DNA of 63,864 nucleotides, the filler included, from Sphacelaria rigidula (lineage: Eukaryota): assembly GCA_964200075.2 (NCBI GenBank). It is 8 parts of 8 records of this genome, joined end to end, with 100 filler letters (N's around TTAATTAATTAA, not from the genome) between each part and the next. Parts side by side here need not be neighbours in the genome. Positions count along the whole stretch, not along the records: positions 7,997 to 15,892 come from CAXNAA020013062.1; positions 15,993 to 23,888 come from CAXNAA020013063.1; positions 23,989 to 31,884 come from CAXNAA020013064.1; 5 more parts are not named here. The stretch is one strand, 5' to 3'. Below, in pieces: positions 11,401-25,038 of the stretch (the first letter of the stretch is position 1; every line of letters starts with the position of its first letter). The translations under genes and the position numbers were made by a program. The notes below the pieces were generated by a model, which had not been told where the DNA came from, did not search any database, and saw only the letters and a program-made list of their open reading frames with translations.

Positions 11401-12034
11401 TACTACGAAGTGTTCAAATGGTGAGACACAGATGAGACAGTGTGTACGCCGTGGCCATCTCTGGAAGTGGCAATGCCAGGAGATGAAGACACTCATTAGA
11501 GGCCATCATCCAAATGCAAGATAATCAATGCGCTTCGCGCCGAAGAATCTTAGCAGGATCAGCTCACCCTTCATGCGACTCGCCGAGCACACCACGGCGC
11601 TTCGCGCTCGGCGATTGACTGCGAGCCTGGTCCGGCGAAAATCCGGCGTGCTCCGTCCCGACTTTGTAGGGATGCGAGGTCAACGGTCATCTGACTATGG
11701 CATGCAAGATCATGAGTACACCCCCCCACCCCCCCGTATCGTTTTGATTTGACCACCTGCCCCCGACTCCTGTCCGCACCTCTTCCGTCCAGGAATTCTT
11801 CCACGGAGCGCGCGAGTTGAGCTTTTCTACGCGATTGCTCGTGGCCGAGATCCACTCATCGCGATACGGCAAACCAAAGAATTTCCTAGTCCTTGCCACT
11901 CGTCCACCTCCCCTATCGCCATCCTCTACCGCCTCTCGTCTCCCGCCCGATACCTCACGAACGGCATCGTGCCCCGCCACCCCACCGCCAGCACCACTAC
12001 CACCATTCCCAACACCGTCAACAGCATGGGGTGG
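8475..12034 (-). CDS. Partial USP9X/USP24/USP34-like (fat facets family) ubiquitin C-terminal hydrolase; exons ~12034-11757, 10653-10488, 10137-9653, 8627-8475
   Basis: Phase-compatible GT-AG junctions give ..LVFAVARAPVDGAPFL|VDNVNAFGQAGGFESLI..SAALKR|SADSELRRLTRERLE..LQLDLALKLYR. This resembles the N-terminal USP9X/24 segment as I recall it. The catalytic domain is not in the contig. Confidence 0.65.
11145..11735 (+). mobile_element. ~590-bp composite dispersed repeat (long form of the SINE-like family) in an intron
   Basis: Bounded by C-runs. Two related modules ending in ATGAGTAC lie at 11165-11226 and 11647-11730. The internal part matches 15993-16450 and 39980-40090 on the opposite strand. 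Confidence 0.75.
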
Positions 12035-12640
12035 CTGAGGTAATGCTGTGCGATTGCTGCCGGCTCCTGAGGGTTAAAGGGATGATGTCATCAGTCAATG
12101 ATAAACGGCCTGGTAGATGGATATACGCTCTACATAACACCTCATGCATTCAATACATCCCCAACAACATTTCCGTGACAGAGACAAATATCGAAATATC
12201 CGGATTAATACAGTACGCTCGTTGTTGGCCACCCTTCTCCCAAGAGACGTCGTTGTTGCCCTGCTTCGAGCTCGGAGACACGCCTGTCAGCCCTGCGATC
12301 TACCATCACTATACTGTACTGCTGTAGTGATGACTGTGGCCGGTGAGGTAGACATGTACCACAGGTTTCTTTCGAGACTCCTTGTGGACTCTTAGCGTGT
12401 GTGGTTGATTTTGATAATTCACGTCATTCCCTCACGTTCATGAGAGGGATCGGAATTAGCTCACACACACCCCTTGTGCTATGCAGAGCTCGGTTGGGAA
12501 ATTTCTGTTCTTGGATACTTCTTCAATCTTTTTCGTACTGTATTATTCCTCAGCGTGGATAAACATTGGGAAAACAAGCAGGTCGTGCTCAGAAAACAAC
12601 CCTCACTTGATGTTGTCGGGGTGATACGGAGCAAGCATCT

Positions 12641-12900
12641 CGTTTATCAGGGGGTGTTCTCGACCGTCACAGGTTAAAAAAACACAGGTTTTCGGGTCTA
12701 GCGCGATGAAGAGGTAAAAAGTCGAAAAATCAATAATTTATCATGTCTTTCACGAAAACGATCGGGATTACCGCGATCGAGCAATAATACCCAAGGGTCA
12801 GAGCCTGGGACTTGGTAGTCACAGGACCTCCGAAAACCAGTCAGCCCGTAAGTCGTTCATTATCGAATTCAGAGATTACCCTGTTTCGAAATCCGGGGCG
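12641..12900. repeat. Dispersed repeat, diverged copy at ~17959-18250
   Basis: Shared CGTTTATC(G)AGGGGGTGTT..AAAAACAC..GTTTTCGG..TAGCGC(G/A)ATGAA. Confidence 0.6.
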
Positions 12901-15471
12901 GATGCCTAGTTCCTCCTGATCCCCACATTTTGGGATCGAACGCCCACTGGGATGAGCGGTGGCACGCGAAAATATTATTGAAAATCGCCCAGTGCGAAAA
13001 AATAATAAAAATCCCCTACTTCAGCTGAAACTACGGTATAACAAAAGTAGCATACATCCCCCGATCTTTTGTGATGAAAAACCTTCAGAGGTGTGTGTGT
13101 ATGTATATATATATATAATTACGGGACACCCAAGATCACACGACGACAAGTTTTCAGTCATCCGGCCGCTCACAAAAACATTAATTTTGTTGTCACGTGT
13201 CAGCATGCCCATGCCGAGGGCGGTTTACCGATATTACAAGCATCAGTATCCTGATATTGACACACCCGCTCACCTCTCGGCCCGTCGACGGGTGTGCGGC
13301 CCCCAAAAGCTGGCGCCACTGCTGAAGGCATGGCGGCGGGAGCGGGGCCGGGTAGGGGCGTGCCGGCAAGGCCACCCGGCGCAAGCGCCGCCGCGATAGC
13401 TCTCACATCCTCCCGCTGTGCCTCAGAGGTTACAAGGTTTCCGCCGGCCCGGTAATCGGGGTGGTCCGGCTGGTCTATGCCGTTGTCTTCCCACAAATCT
13501 TCTTGGTCCCCGTCGGGGTCAAACACACGGTAGCTGATCAGCAGGTCGAGCCCACTCTCTGTGATGCATTTTCAAGAAGGCAGTCGTGGCGGGGCACATG
13601 TGAGTCGGATTGGGAAGGGCTTGGAGGGTAGGGCACAATCAATCGGGGCCCGAGTTTAGTTCGTGCGTTCTCGTTGTACTTCATAGTACACTGAGCTTCC
13701 CCTCCTCTCTGCTTTCCTCCGGGGGACGAATCTGTAGGCGAGAGGAATTCAGCTCACCTCTCTTTCCGTTAAAAAAAATGACCAAATTCTCAAGCACACA
13801 TGACTTGCACCGCGGAGAAGGACATATTTTTACTCGTCGTTTTTGCCGAGATATATCAAGTTGGTCACGAAGTCCTGATTTACTTCTAGATGCAGCGGAA
13901 CTCTCCCCCCTGCGCTCGATATACCACACACGTCAATAAAAACCAAAATCATGGCAACGAAAACCGTGAGCGTGCTTGCGTGCTGTGCGTAGTCTTCACA
14001 TCGTCTTGCCCTTTGGCACCAGGCCGGTGAATGACTCGAGCGGGCCGCACAAGTGGTAGCTCGGCCATCCCGGCACCACTTTTGTGGCCGCGAACGAGGG
14101 CCGCCAGCCCTCTGTGGGGTTATGTTCCGGAATTGTCATTATCCGTATAATATCCAAGCGAAGCGAAACATTGTTCATGCATCGGAAAATTGGCGCCGAT
14201 ATCGTCAGTTTACCGTAGTCGGCTACAATACATACACCATTATCCAAGGGATCATGGCTCAAGCACGATCAGGCCTACGTTCTTGCCTCGAACACCGGAA
14301 TTATTGCCTAGTATCGCAATAATATGGTCAAATCTTGCCGGTCAAACACACCTAGTTTTTAGTGATCACAACTGAAGCGAGACATTTTTTATCTTCAAGG
14401 GTGCTACGCCCGACCCTCACCATTGGCACCGCCACCCATAGAGCCCACGCCAAGAACGACTGGTGATTCCGCTCTCTCCCTCACGGCCACTACCGTAGCG
14501 TTGCACCTGCGAGCAGATGAGATGTGCGCATGCATAACGATCGGCACGTTTGGATGAACGCAGCGGGAGTGACAGCGGGTATGCTGTGAATAAGCACAAG
14601 CGTATAATGCTTTTATTACACACTATATATTCGTCATGCTTTCAACGCTCCCCTTGCTGCGGACGAATCGGTTGTCTCGAATGGATGTGTCTGCCCATTT
14701 CTCCCCCAGAATATGTGCCCGACACTTTGCGATCGAGCAATGGATCATGGATCACTGCCCATCTCTCGCTCGGGGTACGTGCCCGACAACTTGCCTTTCA
14801 CTGAGCAATGGATCATGCACTGACACATCGATTCTCTTGTCGAGTCAACTTAGCTCACGACCCCACGATTTGGATCACGTAAATAAACCAACCAAACAAT
14901 ACACAAGTTTACTGCTGGGCTTCAAACCCGCCGATCCGTCCAAACCGACCGATCAAGTGCCGGTTCGACCACCGAGGCGCGGCGCTGAGCGGCGGGTTTA
15001 GGTGTCGAAAGGAAAGGTTGTTCAGGATACACCTCAAGTTTGCGCAACAAGAAAGACGACCATCGACGGGCTGCAGGAGTTGTCATCATCCAATGTTCGA
15101 CAAGTCAAACGGAAGGCAGGTGCTATCGGAGAGGTGGGCTGTTCCTTCTATCCTACGGACCTGTCTAAGGGAAGTGGAAAAAAGAGGGGGGGAGGGGGAG
15201 GGGAATACGACAAATCTACACGGTCCCCCCTTTACTGCAGCTCGTGGCACTGCAAGTAACGATGTCCCCTGGAACACAAAGCTACAGCTTGGCATGAAAT
15301 AAGGTGCGCCCCGCCCCGGCGTTTTCTTCGCGCTTCGGTCACGGTCCCAGCCTTCCCGCTGTTGCACTCCAATTCGAAATGGTCAAGCCGAGACGAGAGC
15401 CTCTGTCAACAATGATGCCTTTCCAAACCGATGCGGTGGTTGAACGGGAATATATATATACATATATATAT

Positions 15472-15641
15472 CACACCTTGAACAATATATGGTCGATAGA
15501 TGCAATAGACGAGAAGTGTACTGAATGAAGCCTAGGCCTCTTGCAACTATTGCCGGCCGACATTAGTCGCAGTAGGCCTATACTCTATGCAGTACGTTTC
15601 TTGTCTATTGCAGCTATTGACCATATATTGTCCAAGGTGTG
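15472..15641. mobile_element. 170-bp palindromic MITE (TIR CACACCTTG..), inserted in (TA)n
   Basis: Near-complete inverted symmetry, with ATATATAT on both flanks. Confidence 0.85.
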
Positions 15642-15816
15642 ATATATATATATATATATTGGGAAACATGCAAGGAAGAAACGATGGTCCAAGATTCTCT
15701 AAACGATGGCACGGTATCTCCGACCACCCACTGCCAGGAGGCGGAACGTAACGCGTGGAAACTTCCTCCAAAATAGTCCAAGAATGTGTATTTTTATCCA
15801 CATACAATAACTGCTC

Positions 15817-15892
15817 GGGGGGGGGGGCGTACTCATTTTTTGCTTGCCTTAGTCGTTTGACCATTGACCACGCCTCCCTTTCGAGACGGAGC
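15817..15892 (-). repeat. SINE-like family copy preceded by a G-run, at a contig end
   Basis: Matches 3666-3733. Confidence 0.85.
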
Positions 15893-15992
15893 NNNNNNNN
15901 NNNNNNNNNNNNNNNNNNNNNNNNNNNNNNNNNNNNTTAATTAATTAANNNNNNNNNNNNNNNNNNNNNNNNNNNNNNNNNNNNNNNNNNNN

Positions 15993-16448
15993 GCGCCGTG
16001 ATGTTGTCGACGAGTCGCATGAAGGGTGAGCTGCATCCTGCTAAGATTGTTCGGCCCGAAGCCTACTGATTACCTTGCATTCGGATGACAGCCTCGAATG
16101 AGTTGCTTTGTTTTGTGATATCATCACTTACGGAGACAGACAGCCACAGGGACAACAGGCCTCATGTCTCACTATTTGAACACTGCGTCGTAGGATCATT
16201 CCCTTTGTGCGGAGTTGAGGTTCTCCCGCCCCGGGCAATATGATCTAGCTCGACCACCATCACGGTCACCCCGGAAAAAAAGCAAGCGCACAAAAAACAC
16301 GGTGGCCTGGTTGCCTAGCTTACCCAATGAAAGGCGTGTTTCACAGCATCGTAGCCAACGGACGCCAACCCCACACGGGGTCCGTATCTACAAAGTCGGG
16401 ACGGAGCACGCCAGGTTTTCGCCGCACCAGACGGACGATGGGGGGGGG
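15993..16448 (-). mobile_element. Copy of the ~600-bp dispersed repeat
   Basis: Diverged reverse-complement match to 11226-11670, ending in a G-run. Confidence 0.75.
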
Positions 16449-16586
16449 TGAAGTTGCTGATATGGGTCCGTGCGTATCTCCATCGCGCGTTCATTTCGCC
16501 TACCGTGAGAATATACATACATGCTCTTCGGCGCGTGCTTACCCACACGTGCTGCACTTGTTAATATTTTGTTGCTATCCCTTCAG

Positions 16587-18931
16587 TGGCGCGAGCGATG
16601 GTCGTGTCAATGACGCAACTGGGAACGTACGACCAGGCGAAGACGATGCTGGTGCCAATATTGGGGGACAACACGGGGACGCACTTGGCCGCTGCGCTTA
16701 CTGCGGCCGTGGTGTATTCATACGCTTCACTTCCGCTTGTGAGTCTTGTTCTGCTCAGACGAGGCGGGGGGAAGCCGTGAAAGATCCCTCGCAGAAATCT
16801 CTGAGTAAAAATAAGCGATAGTGCGTGTGTTGACGGGAGCTCTCCAAAGATTTTGCTGCATGTGTGCGACGCGGCATATTGTCGAGAAATATATCATAAG
16901 TCGTTATCTGGCACTGTGCCGCTGCTGTTTCGGCAGATGTACCGAAACTTCGTTACAAATTACTCTGCAGTACTGTTGTGACAGCGTTGTTTGTCCTCGA
17001 AGGTTTCTCTCGAAATCTCATCCGTGTGCCGGGGTTGTACACCTCATGGGAAACTCACTTTTATGACAATTGAGGGTATTCCATTCACCACCGAAGCCAA
17101 GGTCCAAATTGTCCGCGTCGGGGCGGAGGCGGGGGGGGGAGAGGGGGGTGAGGCAGTCATTCTGTAGGATAGCGTATGACTTGAGGCATACACATGTGGT
17201 CAACGGACAGATCCGTTTCTCTTATTTTTCGCCGAAGAGTGTAGTTTTATTCGTTTCGTAGACCTCTGGCTCTGCCGGCAATACTGGTGCCATTCATCAG
17301 GTCGGGTGGTACTGATGCGCTCTCGTCATTGTTTTCACTCTGCCAAAACCCCACGGGGGACAGGACTCGGCGAAGACTCGCATGCAAACCCAAACTACGC
17401 GAAAGGACGGCGGGCCGCTGAAGTACACCTCTACGATCCAAACGCTGTCGTACATAGTGAAGGCCGAGGGGTTCACCAGGCTGTGGAAGGGCTTCACTCC
17501 GTACTTCGCTCGTTCAGGGACACATACGGTGAGAGCGTCATTTCCGTCGCCGAGCTTCGGCGAGCGTGAAGTTTGTTATTGATGCTGGCTTGAGCTGGCT
17601 GGCCGACTGCGACGGCGCAGATTGCGTGCAGCCTTGTAGGGGGAGAAGAAAGCCTGCGCGAATAGTGCGGGTCCCCGTGTTTGGTGCCGCGTGTACGCCC
17701 TCGATCGCCACGGTGGGTCATCTGAGTCTTGCGTTCACTTGAGATGAAAAAAACATGCCGATTCGATAGATGGATCCATCGTGGCGATGAAAGATGATAG
17801 TTTCAGTGTGTTGTTGCTGTTCTTGACTTTTTTTGCACAGGCGATTTGTCACCTTCACTCGAGATAGGGAGAGTCGGTAGGCGTTGGAAAAAAAAGCAGG
17901 TCGTCGTCATGACGCATTTCTCAATTTTGTGCTGTCGGAACGATAGAAAGTAAAACGCCGTTTATCGAGGGGGTGTTATTGACCGCATATGGCCCAAAAA
18001 ACACGTGTTTTCGGCTGTAGCGCAATGAATGCTGAGAAAAAAAACTGGCATAAAACTGTTCGTTATAATGATCCGGATCGGTTCGCTCGAGCGAAAACAT
18101 CAGAGAGCGAGCAGCGAGGGCTGTACACTCGTAGGGCCCCCGAAGAGCGATGAACCCGTATTTCGTTCAATACGAGTCCGGATTACACTTTTTTCTTCTC
18201 GAAACCCATGTCGCGTGCTTACATCTCTTGATTCCCGAAGTTTGGATAAAACAGAAACCGCGATGAGTCGTGGTATCCGAAAAATCCGAAAAATATCGCC
18301 TTCCATCGAAAATGTTTCGTCGAAACTTTGACCACTAAAGGCTACGGCGTAAGCCGAGTCCACGCCCGGCTGGGATAATTTTGGTTCCGGGACGGGTAAC
18401 CGGCGCACGCTGACCTGGCGTTTCCACATTTTTTGCTTGATGATGAATACCTGCCTGCAGCTTTGAATTTCGGGTGTGAGGTTTGTTTGACGTGTCTGCA
18501 GCGTGCCGCTCCGAGAATAGCACGCACACGTCGGACAGATCATGATCCGTCTGAAAATTAAGTCTTCTTAGTATGCTGATCCGGATCATGATCTGGATCA
18601 GTCGGCCCCGCTTTTTCGTGTTTGCTCCTTAGAGCGCCGGACTCCGAGCATGCCGAGTAGCGTGAAAGTTGCGCTTGGGCTTTTCTGACTCCGCGGTCAC
18701 ATGTTTTGTGTTTCTGAATCAATAGATTCGAGAGTCTTTGATCGGTTGTTTCAGGCAGATCATGGTCTGTCCAACGTGCGATAGCACGCAACCCTCCCCC
18801 CTGTGCACACGTCATATTGACGGCGTGGGTTCATGCTCTGCTGTATACCTGTACCTATTTGTGCACAGGTGCTGATGTTCTTGTTCAAGGAGCAGTACAC
18901 GAGATTGGCGCAGCGGTACTACGATCTGTAA
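16587..18931 (+). CDS. Mitochondrial carrier (SLC25; 2-oxoglutarate/malate or dicarboxylate type), last three exons 16587-16738, 17364-17528, 18869-18931
   Basis: ARAMVVSMTQLGTYDQAK..SLPL|DSAKTRMQ..EGFTRLWKGFTPYFARSGTHT|VLMFLFKEQY..stop. The PxDxxKTR carrier signature spans a phase-0 junction, and all splice sites are canonical. Confidence 0.92.
18520..18600. repeat. GATCCGGATCATGATC-type dispersed repeat; inverted copy at 20451-20520
   Basis: The reverse complement of 20451-20520 aligns with 18521-18592. Confidence 0.6.
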
Positions 18932-21900
18932 CCGAGTTTAGGAAAGAGCAAGGAAAAACTAGGGTCGGTGACCAGGAAAGGTGGATCTTGTGGTTTGCAC
19001 GCGGTTGCTTCGTGTTGTATACGTGTGTTATGCGTCCCAGTTTTTCCTGCTTGCTGTTGCTTTCATGTACACACTCGGGTGACGAACAAGCTGCCGCTCC
19101 ATCGGCACGGATCGTTAGTTCTAATCTCGACTTACGACGATGGGATCGACGATGCTACGCGCAAGCGTCCGCCGCGGTTAGCGTGTACGCAGTACGTTGG
19201 ACAGTCGATTTGTCGATGCCTCCCATATGCCCGTCATGCACGTGGCCGGAGGGTGCGGAACGAGATATTCGGGCGGATTAGTACCGCCCGTTGACGCTAA
19301 GTTTGCTTCATATTTTGGAATTTTTTTTTGTTGCAAGGTAGCTGTGTGATATTTTTGTGGTAGGCGTTTGTGCGTCCACCTCGACCCTTCTATTGAGTGT
19401 TTTTGCTGTGGTGATTAACGTGAAAGCGATACCGGTTTGCGTGTGATGCACGCTGTAAATTTTCGCAACACCTGTTGGACTTGAATGTTGGTTTTGTTAA
19501 CCCCCTCTGTACCTGGTAGCTCTGGGACGTCGGAACAGCGGTGTATGTAGAAGCTCCCGAGTGTGTGGGGGTAGAGTACTACTACACGCACGGTTCACTT
19601 GTTAGGTGTAACCGTTTCACGTGGAATTGTATGTGTACAAGGTGAAGATTTTGCAGACACGCAGAAGCGGAGCAGTTTTTGAATTGGTCATAGTATTGTA
19701 TTACAAGCTGTGTACCGGGGGAGATATGGGATTATCCTCTTGGCACCAAAATAGTCGTCCCGAGGAAGGGAAGGGATTGTTAAGGTTGATGATGCGACGA
19801 AAAACAAAATCGGCTTGGACCGCTCTCGAAGCAGTTATAAAGACGTGTTCCAGTGAGCGTCGACGAAAGCACATGAGATATCGTAACAAAAGGTATCGGT
19901 GATGGAGGCGTTTTCGCTGGAAAAATGAGCAAGAGCCGTCAACATGCGACGAGCTCTGACATCAATTGCTCGCGGCAATAACGTAGTTGCCCCACGCTCG
20001 CGGCTTTTGCGAGCTTTCGAGCGTGCTAGGAGCGTATACGTCGTGAAAATTGCATGATTTGTCTGTTTAGTATACTTTGAGGATAGTCACTAATCTTATC
20101 GAGATTTGTTGTATGGGGACTCTTGAATGTCTGAAGTGTGTTGCAATGGTGAAGCACCTCGACGTCGTGCCATGATGCCCCTCGCATCGCCCAAGCACCT
20201 GCTTCGCACTATTTTGCGTTTCGAAGTTGATTTACCACGTCTTGTATGCCGTACTTCCACACGTCGAACAGCTCATGAGCTACCTAAAATAACCAATCAA
20301 AGAGGACTCTCAGGTCCCTTGTCCAAAACGAAAAGACCGCGACATCAGAGTCCGAGAAGCCAAAGCGCTTCCTTTTACGTTATTCGGCATGCTCGGCATC
20401 CAGCGCTGTAGGGAGAAAATATGCAATAAGTGGACCAACTCTGAGCTAGTTCATGATCCGTATCAGTATTCTAATAAGAAGTAAATAATATTGATGCAGC
20501 TCTGTCCGACGTGTGTATGCTTGTACCCGCCGAAAGCCGAGCGAACAATGTTACGCTGAAATTTCATCCCCGTTTCCCGTATGAGTTACAGGCGAACTGT
20601 TATGTGCGTTTGCAGCGATAATGTACTGTGCATTTTTAGAAGCGATTTCTCCCATTTATATCGAATCTTGACAGGGTACAGCAGTACACGATTTTTCTTT
20701 CACGTCCATGTACTGTGTCCACTTTCTAGTTTGGGACTTTTGAGTGAGAGGGGGGTACCAGACCACAAACCACTATCCCTCCTAGAAACGCCATTATAAC
20801 GCCGATATAAATCGACCTCCTACCAAGTTCTACACAGAAAGGGGGCGGTGTCAGAGGGGGTATACCCGCTGATACGGAAGTTCAGAGAAAATAATGAAAA
20901 GAAAGAAGAATAAATGGAATAAAATAATCAAGCGCAAATAATTAAATCAGGTATGATTCAAAACTCATAAGGTGCTGTGGGTGATGCATTTTGTCGGAAC
21001 GCTCTACCCACAACTACTACCACTGTCGTGGCCCCAATGTGAGTCTCCTCCGTTATGACTGGTTTGTACAAGCCTGAACAGCAGACATGAAATGGGAACG
21101 TGGGTTTTCTATGGGAATGATCTGAGATCGACGTTGCATATGATGCGGAACCTTCAACACGCACATCTGTACGTTGCTTGGTATGACACAGGGCAGCATT
21201 AATGCAGTTGTGACAAGTGTGTAAGCCTACCGGAGCATATGCTCGTCTCAAGGCGAAGAATGTCCTCAGTTGGAGTCAGAATGATCGCGGGTACAAGCTG
21301 GGTGCAAAAAAAACTTACAATGTGAACTCCCGAATCTTCGACATGTTGACAATTGCCCCGCAGCCCGCATGTAGTAAGCGACACGGGTGCCTCGCTTGCG
21401 GTTGTCAGCAGCTGAGTGATTTCCAAATGTGCAATGACCCCGACTGTTCAAGCTGGCGATTGTTTGCGGGATCAAAAACATCGTGGCCGCCGCGATCGTG
21501 ATCGAAGGGTCGACCATAGCCGCTTCACGCCGAGCACTGCGCAGGTACTTGGTTGATGCTGCGTGCATGTTGGGTAGGACACATGGCCTGATATGCACAT
21601 GGGTTCTGTGGTATTTGACATCGTTTGGTCTATACCTGTAGCCGCTGGCCCAGCGGAACAGGTATTATTCTCTGCACCGCTTCCTCGTCTGTACAAACAA
21701 GGCAGCGATATGTATGTGTTTGTTGGTGAAGCAGAATATCGAGGCGTAGACAGTGAGCACTGCAAGCTCTCGCCACATCATGGTGTCTTTTACAGGTATA
21801 AATTGCATCCATGTACTCGTAAAGTAGGCTGCCTGCCGGAACCCGATACGGGGGCTTCGCTCGCACCGCGCGCGCCTGTGACAGTCCCCCTTCTTAAGAT

Positions 21901-23117
21901 ATGGGCGGCTGGCGGTGGAGGACCTTCGCATTTGGTCTGCTCGCAGCTCGCAGCCCAATTTCCGCCGGGTTTCCTCGTTGCTCACCCGACCCGCGTTCTC
22001 GCGCTACGATGCTCGGAATCGAAATCTGAAACCATGCAACCCCACATCGTTGCAGACCCCATTGATGGGTAATTAGTAATTATCTGTCTAAATCTTTGGT
22101 TGATGGTGTACCACTGTGCTGTGAGTGGAATGCAGGTAATCATGCAGCTACACGAGACCTACTGCGCTGCTCTCATTCGAGCGTAGTTCGAATTAGTACA
22201 CTCGTATACATGTCACGTTCATGACCCCATCCTTCATTCGAGAGTTGAGGGTAGGTACACGATCACCTTCGATGCGGCGAGAGCCCGAGTGTGATGCTGA
22301 AGGGTGGAGGGTGAGCGTGGATAAAAATTGAACCCTTGAGGAAGTAGTCTCCTCTTCAACCGTTGAGGAGGCAAGGTCTTCTTCAACCCTTGGGGATGCA
22401 ATGTTTGCTATATCATGCGCGCCGTCGCGGGTAACACAGGGCACAACAGACTACCAGTACAGTATACGTATATATTTAGTAATTTTCCCAGCCAAGAAAC
22501 GCGCCAACGACCATGGGGTTGAAGTGAGTCCTCGCAAACATACCTGTACAGCAACGTATTGCCCCGGATTTGAGTGGCCATAATCCTCTTGAGCGTACGC
22601 ATTTGTGCGGTGTGTTATTTGCTCTCAATTTATGATTTTTTTTGCCATGTTGCAAGTGAACCCATATGTATGTGCAGGTCCCTCGAGTACCACAGCTAGC
22701 TGTCAAAGCTCCAAATTGGCCAAAACGAGCCGGGGGGGGACGCGGCAGCGGCAGAGGTTGTTACGCATACTTGAAAAAATGACTTATACCAACATGTTCA
22801 TGAGATTAGGAACATAATTATTTCAGAACGGGAGGTTGTTCGTGATTTACACCAAGACGATCGAATCGTCCGAAACAGCCATCACCCCCCTGAAAGCCCG
22901 TGATCTGACGGGAATTTTGGTGCAAAAAAGATTCAACATCGACGGGATCAGTGCAGAGTTATGAGGAATAATGAGTCCATAATAAGGGAATTTGAAAGTT
23001 TTGTACAGTTTCCGCCGTAGTTTTTGTCTTGAGCAGAGAACACATACGTTCATACCCAAACGACGACAAAAAAAACGTGGGGGCATCAAACTGCGACCTG
23101 CATACACCGGGAGGAAC

Positions 23118-23141
23118 CACACACACACACACACACATGGG

Positions 23142-23189
<48 letters not shown>
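23118..23189. repeat. Compound (CA)n-(GA)n-poly(G) microsatellite
   Basis: Seen directly. Confidence 0.95.
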
Positions 23190-23192
<3 letters not shown>

Positions 23193-25038
23193 GGGATCGA
23201 TGAAGCCTAGGGGCACAGTAGGGCAGGTGCAAACGCTCAATCAGGGAACACCGCTAGACCGCTGACGGAGGACAAAATCAACAACCGATAGGAAAAGACA
23301 GGGGTGCATTACTTTCCGTGAAAACCCAACTACCCTCACCCATCCCTAGTCGAGTACAAAGAGGGACATTCTTCTCTTGGCCATTTCCATCCTGGATTCC
23401 TCACGAGCTGTTGGTGTGGTAAAGGTGGTAGCTCTCCAATTGACGACTCTCGGTGCAGCAGAATACTTCCTCTGTCCGGTAAGTTAGGGTCTTTGGGTTT
23501 ACACGGGCCCTCAAGCATGTCCGATTCATGATGGCGTTTTTGAATATATTTTTATTTGGCGAATTTGGGGTTGGAACTCTTTTTATTTATTCTCATCGAT
23601 TCTACCGTACGGCCGAACGGCCGGGAAAAATTAGTCCGCCTGAAATGACCATATTTCACCCTCTTTTCCGGAGGCATCCCTTCTTTTCTCTTTATTGAAA
23701 GTTACTCGTTCTTCGCATCACTAGAACTTGATGCTAGGTACTCCCAAGGAGCAATGCTACGGTAGGGGTGCACTTTTTTCGCGAAAATTGTCTGGTTCAG
23801 GGGCTCCTAACGATCCTAGGCGCACGAGAATATGGGTCAGGGCATCCCCGTTTGCAGGTTTATTGGGGGTATCCCCAGCACATTGGAANNNNNNNNNNNN
23901 NNNNNNNNNNNNNNNNNNNNNNNNNNNNNNNNTTAATTAATTAANNNNNNNNNNNNNNNNNNNNNNNNNNNNNNNNNNNNNNNNNNNNCCTCCCCACGCC
24001 GTACCGACAAGACCGGTCATGGCCTTCGTCGGAGGACGGGGAACGGAGGACTACGTTGTGTAATTTACATGTGTGTTTGTTTCCCTAGCCATAAATCCTA
24101 ATTTGTATGTGATATTGTACAGATATATTTGTAATGGACCTGATGCTGTTGAGATGTTTCCCCCTGCGTTGGAGGAGTGTCGTGTCCTCGTGCCACAAGT
24201 AACGTGATCATACTGTACGTACGCGTCAGGCCACGATTTGGTATGTCCCAAAGCACGCAGGTAACAGAACGGGCGCTTTGTGACGACGCAGCCAGAGCCT
24301 AACGTCATCGCAATAACAGCAAATACCACGTCTATGTCAACAGCCATAGCATTCCGACTGGTGAAGATCCCCCGACATCCACCCAGATTTCTCAGGTTCG
24401 AATCTCCCCATCTAAGATGCGGTGGGGCATATGACCAGCCGTACCTATGACATCGGTCAATCCTAACAGTGGCGTCAACCGTTGTCCGCAATACAAGGGA
24501 TCCCAAGGAGTACCTCATATTCTCGATCGGTTTGCAAAACCGACGACCGACGATTGTCGTGGTGCACATCCGTTTCGAAGAAGGGTTAACATCTATGACA
24601 TACAAAGGCCGATTCGCTTAGTCAACAACATGAGAATCGGCCAACCGTAACATACATATTTACATACACTACATCAACACATAACATGCGCACCATCCTA
24701 CTCTCACACCGCCAGACAGACACGCGACGTGGAGTACTAGAGTCGATTTGAAAAACCGCCCCCCGATGAGCGATATACGACATAATTGGCCTCATGGCGG
24801 GATACAACGTAACCCTAAAAAATAGTTGTCGTTGTATAACCATTCCCCTACCGGCATCATATTACAAGTACAAATTATCGAGAAACATAACATCATATCC
24901 TACTCGAGATACAAACTCAGACGCAGGCTATACATTGTAGTCCACATGTGATCTTAATAATATCTTCTTGTAAAAGGATGGATAATCCGTTGGCCGAATA
25001 CACGATATCTGAGAGTCGTCCGATGAATAATATCATCA

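Noticed and set aside
13270-13545. Exon-like minus-strand ORF as a further exon of the USP gene
   Set aside because: The apparent donor phase does not match the next acceptor, and I recognise no family similarity.
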